A stretch of 64,000 bases of DNA from Auanema rhodensis (taxonomy: Eukaryota > Animalia > Nematoda): contig OZ059897.1 in NCBI GenBank assembly GCA_964057225.1, positions 22,072,001 to 22,136,000 on the forward strand, written 5' to 3'. Under the pieces are notes generated by a model that saw only the letters and a program-made list of their open reading frames with translations, did no database searches and was not told the origin of the DNA. This document shows positions 42,769 through 56,496 of this stretch, piece after piece (the first letter of the stretch is position 1; each line of letters opens with the position of its first letter). Both the position numbers and the translations under genes were made by a program.

Positions 42769-43120
42769 TATTAGTCTAAAAACAAATTTTTATTGATATT
42801 AGTTCATGGTAACCATGACTTTGAAATTTACGTGAACTTTAATTTATGCTAATTAAATGTACACGTGATGTGCACTTGGTATGTAACTCGCTTCACGTGA
42901 AAGATAAAGAGATGTGGTTTTCAAAATTAGATTCCCCATGTCCATATTAGTCTAAAAACAAATTTTTATTGATATTGCTTCATGGTAACCATGACTTTGA
43001 AATTTACGTGAACTTTAATTTATGCTAATTAAATGTACACGTGATGTGCACTTGGTATGTAACTCGCTTCACGTGAAAGATAAAGAGATGCGGTTTTCAA
43101 AATTAGATTCTCCATGTCCA

Positions 43121-45584
43121 TATTAGTCTAAAAACAAATTTTTATTGATATTGCTTCATGGTAACCATGACTTTGAAATTTACGTGAACTTTAATTTATG
43201 CTAATTAATTGTACACGTGATGTGCACTTGGTATGTAACTCGCTTCACGTGAAAGATAAAGAGATGCGGTTTTCAAAATTAGATTCCCCATGTCCATATT
43301 AGTCTAAAAACAAATTTTTATTGATATTGGTGCATGGTAACCATGACTTTGAAATTTACGTGAACTTTAATTTATGCTAATTAAATGTACACGTGATGTG
43401 CACTTGGTATGTAACTCGCTTCACGTGAAAGATAAAGAGATGCGGTTTTCAAAATTAGATTCCCCATGTCCATATTAGTCTAAAAACAAATTTTTATTGA
43501 TATTGGTGCATGGTAACCATGACTTTGAAATTTACGTGAACTTCAATTTATGCTAATTAAATGTACACGTGATGTGCACTTGGTATGTAACTCGCTTCAC
43601 ATGAAAGATAAAGAGATGCGGTTTTCAAAATTAGATTCCCCATGTCCATATTAGTCTAAAAACAAATTTTCATTGATATTAGTTCATGGTAACCATGACT
43701 TTGAAATTTACGTGAACTTTAATTTATGCTAATTAAATGTACACGTGATGTGCACTTGGTATGTAACTCGCTTCACGTGAAAGATAAAGAGATGCGGTTT
43801 TCAAAATTAGATTCCCCATGTCCATATTAGTCTAAAAACAAATTTTTATTGATATTGGTTCATGGTAACCATGACTTTGAAATTTACGTGAACTTTAATT
43901 TATGCTAATTAAATGTACACGTGATGTGCACTTGGTATGTAACTCGCTTCACGTGAAAGATAAAGAGATGTGGTTTTCAAAATTAGATTCCCCATGTCCA
44001 TATTAGTCTAAAAACAAATTTTTATTGATATTGCTTCATGGTAACCATGACTTTGAAAATTACGTGAACTTTAATTTATGCTAATTAAATGTACACGTGA
44101 TGTGCACTTGGTATGTAACTCGCTTCACGTGAAAGATGAAGAGATGCGGTTTTCAAAATTAGATTCCTCATGTCCATATTAGTCTAAAAACAAATTTTTA
44201 TTGATATTGGTTCATGGTAACCATGACTTTGAAATTTACGTGAACTTTAATTTATGCTAATTAAATGTACACGTGATGTGCACTTGGTATGTAACTCGCT
44301 TCACGTGGAAGATAAAGAGATGTGGTTTTCAAAATTAGATTCCCCATGTCCATATTAGTCTAAAAACAAATTTTTATTGATATTGCTTCATGGTAACCAT
44401 GACTTTGAAATTTACGTGAACTTTAATTTATGCTAATTAATTGTACACGTGATGTGCACTTGGTATGTAACTCGCTTCACGTGAAAGATAAAGAGATGCG
44501 GTTTTCAAAATTAGATTCCCCATGTCCATATTAGTCTAAAAACAAATTTTTATTGATATTGGTGCATGGTAACCATGACTTTGAAATTTACGTGAACTTT
44601 AATTTATGCTAATTAAATGTACACGTGATGTGCACTTGGTATGTAACTCGCTTCACGTGAAAGATAAAGAGATGCGGTTTTCAAAATTAGATTCCCCATG
44701 TCCATATTAGTCTAAAAACAAATTTTTATTGATATTGGTGCATGGTAACCATGACTTTGAAATTTACGTGAACTTCAATTTATGCTAATTAAATGTACAC
44801 GTGATGTGCACTTGGTATGTAACTCGCTTCACATGAAAGATAAAGAGATGCGGTTTTCAAAATTAGATTCCCCATGTCCATATTAGTCTAAAAACAAATT
44901 TTTATTGATATTAGTTCATGGTAACCATGACTTTGAAATTTACGTGAACTTTAATTTATGCTAATTAAATGTACACGTGATGTGCACTTGGTATGTAACT
45001 CGCTTCACGTGAAAGATAAAGAGATGCGGTTTTCAAAATTAGATTCCCCATGTCCATATTAGTCTAAAAACAAATTTTTATTGATATTGGTTCATGGTAA
45101 CCATGACTTTGAAATTTACGTGAACTTTAATTTATGCTAATTAAATGTACACGTGATGTGCACTTGGTATGTAACTCGCTTCACGTGAAAGATAAAGAGA
45201 TGTGGTTTTCAAAATTAGATTCCCCATGTCCATATTAGTCTAAAAACAAATTTTTATTGATATTGCTTCATGGTAACCATGACTTTGAAAATTACGTGAA
45301 CTTTAATTTATGCTAATTAAATGTACACGTGATGTGCACTTGGTATGTAACTCGCTTCACGTGAAAGATGAAGAGATGCGGTTTTCAAAATTAGATTCCT
45401 CATGTCCATATTAGTCTAAAAACAAATTTTTATTGATATTGGTTCATGGTAACCATGACTTTGAAATTTACGTGAACTTTAATTTATGCTAATTAAATGT
45501 ACACGTGATGTGCACTTGGTATGTAACTCGCTTCACGTGGAAGATAAAGAGATGTGGTTTTCAAAATTAGATTCCCCATGTCCA
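43121..45584. repeat. Tandem 7-monomer duplication (2 x 1232 bp; M246-252 / M253-259)
   Basis: C plus aaTtgt, G, G plus cttCaa plus cacAtga, A, gatgTgg, C plus gaaaAtt plus gatGaag plus ccTca, gtgGaa plus gatgTgg appears twice, with one private SNP at 43671. Confidence 0.9.
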
Positions 45585-48500
45585 TATTAGTCTAAAAACA
45601 AATTTTTATTGATATTGCTTCATGGTAACCATGACTTTGAAATTTACGTGAACTTTAATTTATGCTAATTAAATGTACACGTGATGTGCACTTGGTATGT
45701 AACTCGCTTCACGTGAAAGATAAAGAGATGCGGTTTTCAAAATTAGATTCCCCATGTCCATATTAGTCTAAAAACAAATTTTTATTGATATTGGTTCATG
45801 GTAACCATGACTTTGAAATTTACGTGAACTTTAATTTATGCTAATTAAATGTACACGTGATGTGCACTTGGTATGTAACTCGCTTCACGTGAAAGATAAA
45901 GAGATGCGGTTTTCAAAATTAGATTCTCCATGTCCATATTAGTCTAAAAACAAATTTTTATTGATATTGCTTCATGGTAACCATGACTTTGAAATTTACG
46001 TGAACTTTAATTTATGCTAATTAATTGTACACGTGATGTGCACTTGGTATGTAACTCGCTTCACGTGAAAGATAAAGAGATGCGGTTTTCAAAATTAGAT
46101 TCCCCATGTCCATATTAGTCTAAAAACAAATTTTTATTGATATTGGTGCATGGTAACCATGACTTTGAAATTTACGTGAACTTTAATTTATGCTAATTAA
46201 ATGTACACGTGATGTGCACTTGGTATGTAACTCGCTTCACGTGAAAGATAAAGAGATGCGGTTTTCAAAATTAGATTCCCCATGTCCATATTAGTCTAAA
46301 AACAAATTTTTATTGATATTGGTGCATGGTAACCATGACTTTGAAATTTACGTGAACTTTAATTTATGCTAATTAAATGTACACGTGATGTGCACTTGGT
46401 ATGTAACTCGCTTCACGTGAAAGATAAAGAGATGCGGTTTTCAAAATTAGATTCCCCATGTCCATATTAGTCTAAAAACAAATTTTTATTGATATTGGTG
46501 CATGGTAACCATGACTTTGAAATTTACGTGAACTTTAATTTATGCTAATTAAATGTACACGTGATGTGCACTTGGTATGTAACTCGCTTCACGTGAAAGA
46601 TAAAGAGATGCGGTTTTCAAAATTAGATTCCCCATGTCCATATTAGTCTAAAAACAAATTTTTATTGATATTGGTGCATGGTAACCATGACTTTGAAATT
46701 TACGTGAACTTTAATTTATGCTAATTAAATGTACACGTGATGTGCACTTGGTATGTAACTCGCTTCACGTGAAAGATAAAGAGATGTGGTTTTCAAAATT
46801 AGATTCCCCATGTCCATATTAGTCTAAAAACAAATTTTTATTGATATTGCTTCATGGTAACCATGACTTTGAAATTTACGTGAACTTTAATTTATGCTAA
46901 TTAAATGTACACGTGATGTGCACTTGGTATGTAACTCGCTTCACGTGAAAGATGAAGAGATGCGGTTTTCAAAATTAGATTCCCCATGTCCATATTAGTC
47001 TAAAAACAAATTTTTATTGATATTGGTTCATGGTAACCATGACTTTGAAATTTACGTGAACTTTAATTTATGCTAATTAAATGTACACGTGATGTGCACT
47101 TGGTATGTAACTCGCTTCACGTGAAAGATGAAGAGATGCGGTTTTCAAAATTAGATTCCTCATGTCCATATTAGTCTAAAAACAAATTTTTATTGATATT
47201 GGTTCATGGTAACCATGACTTTGAAATTTACGTGAACTTTAATTTATGCTAATTAAATGTACACGTGATGTGCACTTGGTATGTAACTCGCTTCACGTGA
47301 AAGATAAAGAGATGCGGTTTTCAAAATTAGATTCCCCATGTCCATATTAGTCTAAAAACAAATTTTTATTGATATTGGTTCATGGTAACCATGACTTTGA
47401 AATTTACGTGAACTTTAATTTATGCTAATTAAATGTACACGTGATGTGCACTTGGTATGTAACTCGCTTCACGTGAAAGATAAAGAGATGCGGTTTTCAA
47501 AATTAGATTCCCCATGTCCATATTAGTCTAAAAACAAATTTTTATTGATATTGCTTCATGGTAACCATGACTTTGAAATTTACGTGAACTTTAATTTATG
47601 CTAATTAAATGTACACGTGATGTGCACTTGGTATGTAACTCGCTTCACGTGAAAGATGAAGAGATGCGGTTTTCAAAATTAGATTCCCCATGTCCATATT
47701 AGTCTAAAAACAAATTTTTATTGATATTGGTTCATGGTAACCATGACTTTGAAATTTACGTGAACTTTAATTTATGCTAATTAAATGTACACGTGATGTG
47801 CACTTGGTATGTAACTCGCTTCACGTGAAAGATGAAGAGATGCGGTTTTCAAAATTAGATTCCTCATGTCCATATTAGTCTAAAAACAATTTTTTATTGA
47901 TATTGGTTCATGGTAACCATGACTTTGAAATTTACGTGAACTTTAATTTATGCTAATTAAATGTACACGTGATGTGCACTTGGTATGTAACTCGCTTCAC
48001 GTGAAAGATAAAGAGATGTGGTTTTCAAAATTAGATTCCCCATGTCCATATTAGTCTAAAAACAAATTTTTATTGATATTGGTGCATGGTAACCATGACT
48101 TTGAAATTTACGTGAACTTTAATTTATGCTAATTAAATGTACACGTGATGTGCACTTGGTATGTAACTCGCTTCACGTGAAAGATAAAGAGATGCGGTTT
48201 TCAAAATTAGATTCCCCATGTCCATATTAGTCTAAAAACAAATGTTTATTGATATTGGTTCATGGTAACCATGACTTTGAAATTTACGTGAACTTTAATT
48301 TATGCTAATTAAATGTACACGTGATGTGCACTTGGTATGTAACTCGCTTCACGTGAAAGATAAAGAGATGCGGTTTTCAAAATTAGATTCCCCATATCCA
48401 TATTAGTCTAAAAACAAATTTTTATTGATATTAGTTCATGGTAACCATGACTTTGAAATTTACGTGAACTTTAATTTATGCTAATTAAATGTACACGTGA

Positions 48501-50160
48501 TGTGCACTTGGTATGTAACTCGCTTCACGTGAAAGATAAAGAGATGTGGTTTTCAAAATTAGATTCCCCATGTCCATATTAGTCTAAAAACAAATTTTTA
48601 TTGATATTGCTTCATGGTAACCATGACTTTGAAATTTACGTGAACTTTAATTTATGCTAATTAAATGTACACGTGATGTGCACTTGGTATGTAACTCGCT
48701 TCACGTGAAAGATAAAGAGATGCGGTTTTCAAAATTAGATTCTCCATGTCCATATTAGTCTAAAAACAAATTTTTATTGATATTGCTTCATGGTAACCAT
48801 GACTTTGAAATTTACGTGAACTTTAATTTATGCTAATTAATTGTACACGTGATGTGCACTAGGTATGTAACTCGCTTCACGTGAAAGATAAAGAGATGCG
48901 GTTTTCAAAATTAGATTCCCCATGTCCATATTAGTCTAAAAACAAATTTTTATTGATATTGGTGCATGGTAACCATGACTTTGAAATTTACGTGAACTTT
49001 AATTTATGCTAATTAAATGTACACGTGATGTGCACTTGGTATGTAACTCGCTTCACGTGAAAGATAAAGAGATGCGGTTTTCAAAATTAGATTCCCCATG
49101 TCCATATTAGTCTAAAAACAAATTTTTATTGATATTGGTTCATGGTAACCATGACTTTGAAATTTACGTGAACTTTAATTTATGCTAATTAAATGTACAC
49201 GTGATGTGCACTTGGTATGTAACTCGCTTCACGTGAAAGATAAAGAGATGCGGTTTTCAAAATTAGATTCCCCATGTCCATATTAGTCTAAAAACAAATT
49301 TTTATTGATATTGGTGCATGGTAACCATGACTTTGAAATTTACGTGAACTTTAATTTATGCTAATTAAATGTACACGTGATGTGCACTTGGTATGTAACT
49401 CGCTTCACGTGAAAGATAAAGAGATGCGGTTTTCAAAATTAGATTCCCCATGTCCATATTAGTCTAAAAACAAATTTTTATTGATATTGGTTCATGGTAA
49501 CCATGACTTTGAAATTTACGTGAACTTTAATTTATGCTAATTAAATGTACACGTGATGTGCACTTGGTATGTAACTCGCTTCACGTGAAAGATAAAGAGA
49601 TGCGGTTTTCAAAATTAGATCCCCCATGTCCATATTAGTCTAAAAACAAATTTTTATTGATATTGGTTCATGGTAACCATGACTTTGAAATTTACGTGAA
49701 CTTTAATTTATGCTAATTAAATGTACACGTGATGTGCACTTGGTATGTAACTCGCTTCACGTGAAAGATAAAGAGATGCGGTTTTCAAAATTAGATTCCC
49801 CATGTCCATATTAGTCTAAAAACAAATTTTTATTGATATTAGTTCATGGTAACCATGACTTTGAAATTTACGTGAACTTTAATTTATGCTAATTAAATGT
49901 ACACGTGATGTGCACTTGGTATGTAACTCGCTTCACGTGAAAGATAAAGAGATGCGGTTTTCAAAATTAGATTCCCCATGTCCATATTAGTCTAAAAACA
50001 AATTTTTATTGATATTGGTTCATGGTAACCATGACTTTGAAATTTACGTGAACTTTAATTTATGCTAATTAAATGTACACGTGATGTGCACTTGGTATGT
50101 AACTCGCTTCACGTGAAAGATAAAGAGATGTGGTTTTCAAAATTAGATTCCCCATGTCCA

Positions 50161-53100
50161 TATTAGTCTAAAAACAAATTTTTATTGATATTGCTTCATG
50201 GTAACCATGACTTTGAAATTTACGTGAACTTTAATTTATGCTAATTAATTGTACACGTGATGTGCACTTGGTATGTAACTCGCTTCACGTGAAAGATAAA
50301 GAGATGCGGTTTTCAAAATTAGATTCCCCATGTCCATATTAGTCTAAAAACAAATTTTTATTGATATTGGTTCATGGTAACCATGACTTTGAAATTTACG
50401 TGAACTTTAATTTATGCTAATTAAATGTACACGTGATGTGCACTTGGTATGTAACTCGCTTCACGTGAAAGATAAAGAGATGCGGTTTTCAAAATTAGAT
50501 TCCCCATGTCCATATTAGTCTAAAAACAAATTTTTATTGATATTAGTTCATGGTAACCATGACTTTGAAATTTACGTGAACTTTAATTTATGCTAATTAA
50601 ATGTACACGTGATGTGCACTTGGTATGTAACTCGCTTCACGTGAAAGATAAAGAGATGCGGTTTTCAAAATTAGATTCCCCATGTCCATATTAGTCTAAA
50701 AACAAATTTTTATTGATATTGGTTCATGGTAACCATGACTTTGAAATTTACGTGAACTTTAATTTATGCTAATTAAATGTACACGTGATGTGCACTTGGT
50801 ATGTAACTCGCTTCACGTGAAAGATAAAGAGATGTGGTTTTCAAAATTAGATTCCCCATGTCCATATTAGTCTAAAAACAAATTTTTATTGATATTGCTT
50901 CATGGTAACCATGACTTTGAAATTTACGTGAACTTTAATTTATGCTAATTAATTGTACACGTGATGTGCACTTGGTATGTAACTCGCTTCACGTGAAAGA
51001 TAAAGAGATGCGGTTTTCAAAATTAGATTCCCCATGTCCATATTAGTCTAAAAACAAATTTTTATTGATATTGGTGCATGGTAACCATGACTTTGAAATT
51101 TACGTGAACTTTAATTTATGCTAATTAAATGTACACGTGATGTGCACTTGGTATGTAACTCGCTTCACGTGAAAGATGAAGAGATGCGGTTTTCAAAATT
51201 AGATTCCCCATGTCCATATTAGTCTAAAAACAAATTTTTATTGATATTGGTTCATGGTAACTATGACTTTGAAATTTACGTGAACTTTAATTTATGCTAA
51301 TTAAATGTACACGTGATGTGCACTTGGTATGTAACTCGCTTCACGTGAAAGATAAAGAGATGCGGTTTTCAAAATTAGATTCCCCATGTCCATATTAGTC
51401 TAAAAACAAATTTTTATTGATATTGGTTCATGGTAACCATGACTTTGAAATTTACGTGAACTTTAATTTATGCTAATTAAATGTACACGTGATGTGCACT
51501 TGGTATGTAACTCGCTTCACGTGAAAGATAAAGAGATGTGGTTTTCAAAATTAGATTCCCCATGTCCATATTAGTCTAAAAACAAATTTTTATTGATATT
51601 GGTGCATGGTAACCATGACTTTGAAATTTACGTGAACTTTAATTTATGCTAATTAAATGTACACGTGATGTGCACTTGGTATGTAACTCGCTTCACGTGA
51701 AAGATAAAGAGATGCGGTTTTCAAAATTAGATTCCCCATGTCCATATTAGTCTAAAAACAAATTTTTATTGATATTGCTTCATGGTAACCATGACTTTGA
51801 AATTTACGTGAACTTTAATTTATGCTAATTAATTGTACACGTGATGTGCACTTGGTATGTAACTCGCTTCACGTGAAAGATAAAGAGATGCGGTTTTCAA
51901 AATTAGATTCCCCATGTCCATATTAGTCTAAAAACAAATTTTTATTGATATTGGTTCATGGTAACCATGACTTTGAAATTTACGTGAACTTTAATTTATG
52001 CTAATTAAATGTACACGTGATGTGCACTTGGTATGTAACTCGCTTCACGTGAAAGATAAAGAGATGCGGTTTTCAAAATTAGATTCCCCATGTCCATATT
52101 AGTCTAAAAACAAATTTTTATTGATATTAGTTCATGGTAACCATGACTTTGAAATTTACGTGAACTTTAATTTATGCTAATTAAATGTACACTTGATGTG
52201 CACTTGGTATGTAACTCGCTTCACGTGAAAGATAAAGAGATGCGGTTTTCAAAATTAGATTCCCCATGTCCATATTAGTCTAAAAACAAATTTTTATTGA
52301 TATTGGTTCATGGTAACCATGACTTTGAAATTTACGTGAACTTTAATTTATGCTAATTAAATGTACACGTGATGTGCACTTGGTATGTAACTCGCTTCAC
52401 GTGAAAGATAAAGAGATGTGGTTTTCAAAATTAGATTCCCCATGTCCATATTAGTCTAAAAACAAATTTTTATTGATATTGCTTCATGGTAACCATGACT
52501 TTGAAATTTACGTGAACTTTAATTTATGCTAATTAATTGTACACGTGATGTGCACTTGGTATGTAACTCGCTTCACGTGAAAGAAAAAGAGATGCGGTTT
52601 TCAAAATTAGATTCCCCATGTCCATATTAGTCTAAAAACAAATTTTTATTGATATTGGTGCATGGTAACCATGACTTTGAAATTTACGTGAACTTTAATT
52701 TATGCTAATTAAATGTACACGTGATGTGCACTTGGTATGTAACTCGCTTCACGTGAAAGATGAAGAGATGCGGTTTTCAAAATTAGATTCCCCATGTCCA
52801 TATTAGTCTAAAAACAAATTTTTATTGATATTGGTTCATGGTAACCATGACTTTGAAATTTACGTGAACTTTAATTTATGCTAATTAAATGTACACGTGA
52901 TGTGCACTTGGTATGTAACTCGCTTCACGTGAAAGATAAAGAGATGCGGTTTTCAAAATTAGATTCCCCATGTCCATATTAGTCTAAAAACAAATTTTTA
53001 TTGATATTGGTTCATGGTAACCATGACTTTGAAATTTACGTGAACTTTAATTTATGCTAATTAAATGTACACGTGATGTGCACTTGGTATGTAACTCGCT

Positions 53101-53328
53101 TCACGTGAAAGATAAAGAGATGTGGTTTTCAAAATTAGATTCCCCATGTCCATATTAGTCTAAAAACAAATTTTTATTGATATTGGTGCATGGTAACCAT
53201 GACTTTGAAATTTACGTGAACTTTAATTTATGCTAATTAAATGTACACGTGATGTGCACTTGGTATGTAACTCGCTTCACGTGAAAGATAAAGAGATGCG
53301 GTTTTCAAAATTAGATTCCCCATGTCCA
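50161..53328. repeat. Tandem 9-monomer duplication (2 x 1584 bp; M286-294 / M295-303), followed by a shortened third copy
   Basis: C plus aaTtgt, T, A, gatgTgg, C plus aaTtgt, G plus gatGaag, T, gatgTgg, G appears twice, with a few private SNPs. Confidence 0.8.
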
Positions 53329-56300
53329 TATTAGTCTAAAAACAAATTTTTATTGATATTGCTTCATGGTAACCATGACTTTGAAATTTACGTGAACTTT
53401 AATTTATGCTAATTAACTGTACACGTGATGTGCACTTGGTATGTAACTCGCTTCACGTGAAAGATAAAGAGATGCGGTTTTCAAAATTAGATTCCCCATG
53501 TCCATATTAGTCTAAAAACAAATTTTTATTGATATTGGTTCATGGTAACCATGACTTTGAAATTTACGTGAACTTTAATTTATGCTAATTAAATGTACAC
53601 GTGATGTGCACTTGGTATGTAACTCGCTTCACGTGAAAGATAAAGAGATGCGGTTTTCAAAATTAGATTCCCCATGTCCATATTAGTCTAAAAACAAATT
53701 TTTATTGATATTAGTTCATGGTAACCATGACTTTGAAATTTACGTGAACTTTAATTTATGCTAATTAAATGTACACGTGATGTGCACTTGGTATGTAACT
53801 CGCTTCACGTGAAAGATAAAGAGATGTGGTTTTCAAAATTAGATTCCCCATGTCCATATTAGTCTAAAAACAAATTTTTATTGATATTGCTTCATGGTAA
53901 CCATGACTTTGAAATTTACGTGAACTTTAATTTATGCTAATTAATTGTACACGTGATGTGCACTTGGTATGTAACTCGCTTCACGTGAAAGAAAAAGAGA
54001 TGCGGTTTTCAAAATTAGATTCCCCATGTCCATATTAGTCTAAAAACAAATTTTTATTGATATTGGTGCATGGTAACCATGACTTTGAAATTTACGTGAA
54101 CTTTAATTTATGCTAATTAAATGTACACGTGATGTGCACTTGGTATGTAACTCGCTTCACGTGAAAGATGAAGAGATGCGGTTTTCAAAATTAGATTCCC
54201 CATGTCCATATTAGTCTAAAAACAAATTTTTATTGATATTGGTTCATGGTAACCATGACTTTGAAATTTACGTGAACTTTAATTTATGCTAATTAAATGT
54301 ACACGTGATGTGCACTTGGTATGTAACTCGCTTCACGTGAAAGATAAAGAGATGCGGTTTTCAAAATTAGATTCCCCATGTCCATATTAGTCTAAAAACA
54401 AATTTTTATTGATATTGGTTCATGGTAACCATGACTTTGAAATTTACGTGAACTTTAATTTATGCTAATTAAATGTACACGTGATGTGCACTTGGTATGT
54501 AACTCGCTTCACGTGAAAGATAAAGAGATGTGGTTTTCAAAATTAGATTCCCCATGTCCATATTAGTCTAAAAACAAATTTTTATTGATATTGGTTCATG
54601 GTAACCATGACTTTGAAATTTACGTGAACTTTAATTTATGCTAATTAAATGTACACGTGATGTGCACTTGGTATGTAACTCGCTTCACGTGAAAGATAAA
54701 GAGATGCGGTTTTCAAAATTAGATTCCCCATGTCCATATTAGTCTAAAAACAAATTTTTATTGATATTAGTTCATGGTAACCATGACTTTGAAATTTACG
54801 TGAACTTTAATTTATGCTAATTAAATGTACACGTGATGTGCACTTGGTATGTAACTCGCTTCACGTGAAAGATAAAGAGATGCGGTTTTCAAAATTAGAT
54901 TCCCCATGTCCATATTAGTCTAAAAACAAATTTTTATTGATATTGGTTCATGGTAACCATGACTTTGAAATTTACGTGAACTTTAATTTATGCTAATTAA
55001 ATGTACACGTGATGTGCACTTGGTATGTAACTCGCTTCACGTGAAAGATAAAGAGATGTGGTTTTCAAAATTAGATTCCCCATGTCCATATTAGTCTAAA
55101 AACAAATTTTTATTGATATTGCTTCATGGTAACCATGACTTTGAAATTTACGTGAACTTTAATTTATGCTAATTAATTGTACACGTGATGTGCACTTGGT
55201 ATGTAACTCGCTTCACGTGAAAGATAAAGAGATGCGGTTTTCAAAATTAGATTCCCCATGTCCATATTAGTCTAAAAACAAATTTTTATTGATATTGGTG
55301 CATGGTAACCATGACTTTGAAATTTACGTGAACTTTAATTTATGCTAATTAAATGTACACGTGATGTGCACTTGGTATGTAACTCGCTTCACGTGAAAGA
55401 AAAAGAGATGCGGTTTTCAAAATTAGATTCCCCATGTCCATATTAGTCTAAAAACAAATTTTTATTGATATTGGTGCATGGTAACCATGACTTTGAAATT
55501 TACGTGAACTTTAATTTATGCTAATTAAATGTACACGTGATGTGCACTTGGTATGTAACACGCTTCACGTGAAAGATGAAGAGATGCGGTTTTCAAAATT
55601 AGATTCCCCATGTCCATATTAGTCTAAAAACAAATTTTTATTGATATTGGTTCATGGTAACCATGACTTTGAAATTTACGTGAACTTTAATTTATGCTAA
55701 TTAAATGTACACGTGATGTGCACTTGGTATGTAACTCGCTTCACGTGAAAGATAAAGAGATGCGGTTTTCAAAATTAGATTCCCCATGTCCATATTAGTC
55801 TAAAAACAAATTTTTATTGATATTGGTGCATGGTAACCATGACTTTGAAATTTACGTGAACTTTAATTTATGCTAATTAAATGTACACGTGATGTGCACT
55901 TGGTATGTAACTCGCTTCACGTGAAAGATAAAGAGATGCGGTTTTCAAAATTAGATTCCCCATGTCCATATTAGTCTAAAAACAAATTTTTATTGATATT
56001 GGTTCATGGTAACCATGACTTTGAAATTTACGTGAACTTTAATTTATGCTAATTAAATGTACACGTGATGTGCACTTGGTATGTAACTCGCTTCACGTGA
56101 AAGATAAAGAGATGCGGTTTTCAAAATTAGATTCCCCATGTCCATATTAGTCTAAAAACAAATTTTTATTGATATTAGTTCATGGTAACCATGACTTTGA
56201 AATTTACGTGAACTTTAATTTATGCTAATTAAATGTACACGTGATGTGCACTTGGTATGTAACTCGCTTCACGTGAAAGATAAAGAGATGCGGTTTTCAA

Positions 56301-56496
56301 AATTAGATTCCCCATGTCCATATTAGTCTAAAAACAAATTTTTATTGATATTGGTTCATGGTAACCATGACTTTGAAATTTACGTGAACTTTAATTTATG
56401 CTAATTAAATGTACACGTGATGTGCACTTGGTATGTAACTCGCTTCACGTGAAAGATAAAGAGATGTGGTTTTCAAAATTAGATTCCCCATGTCCA

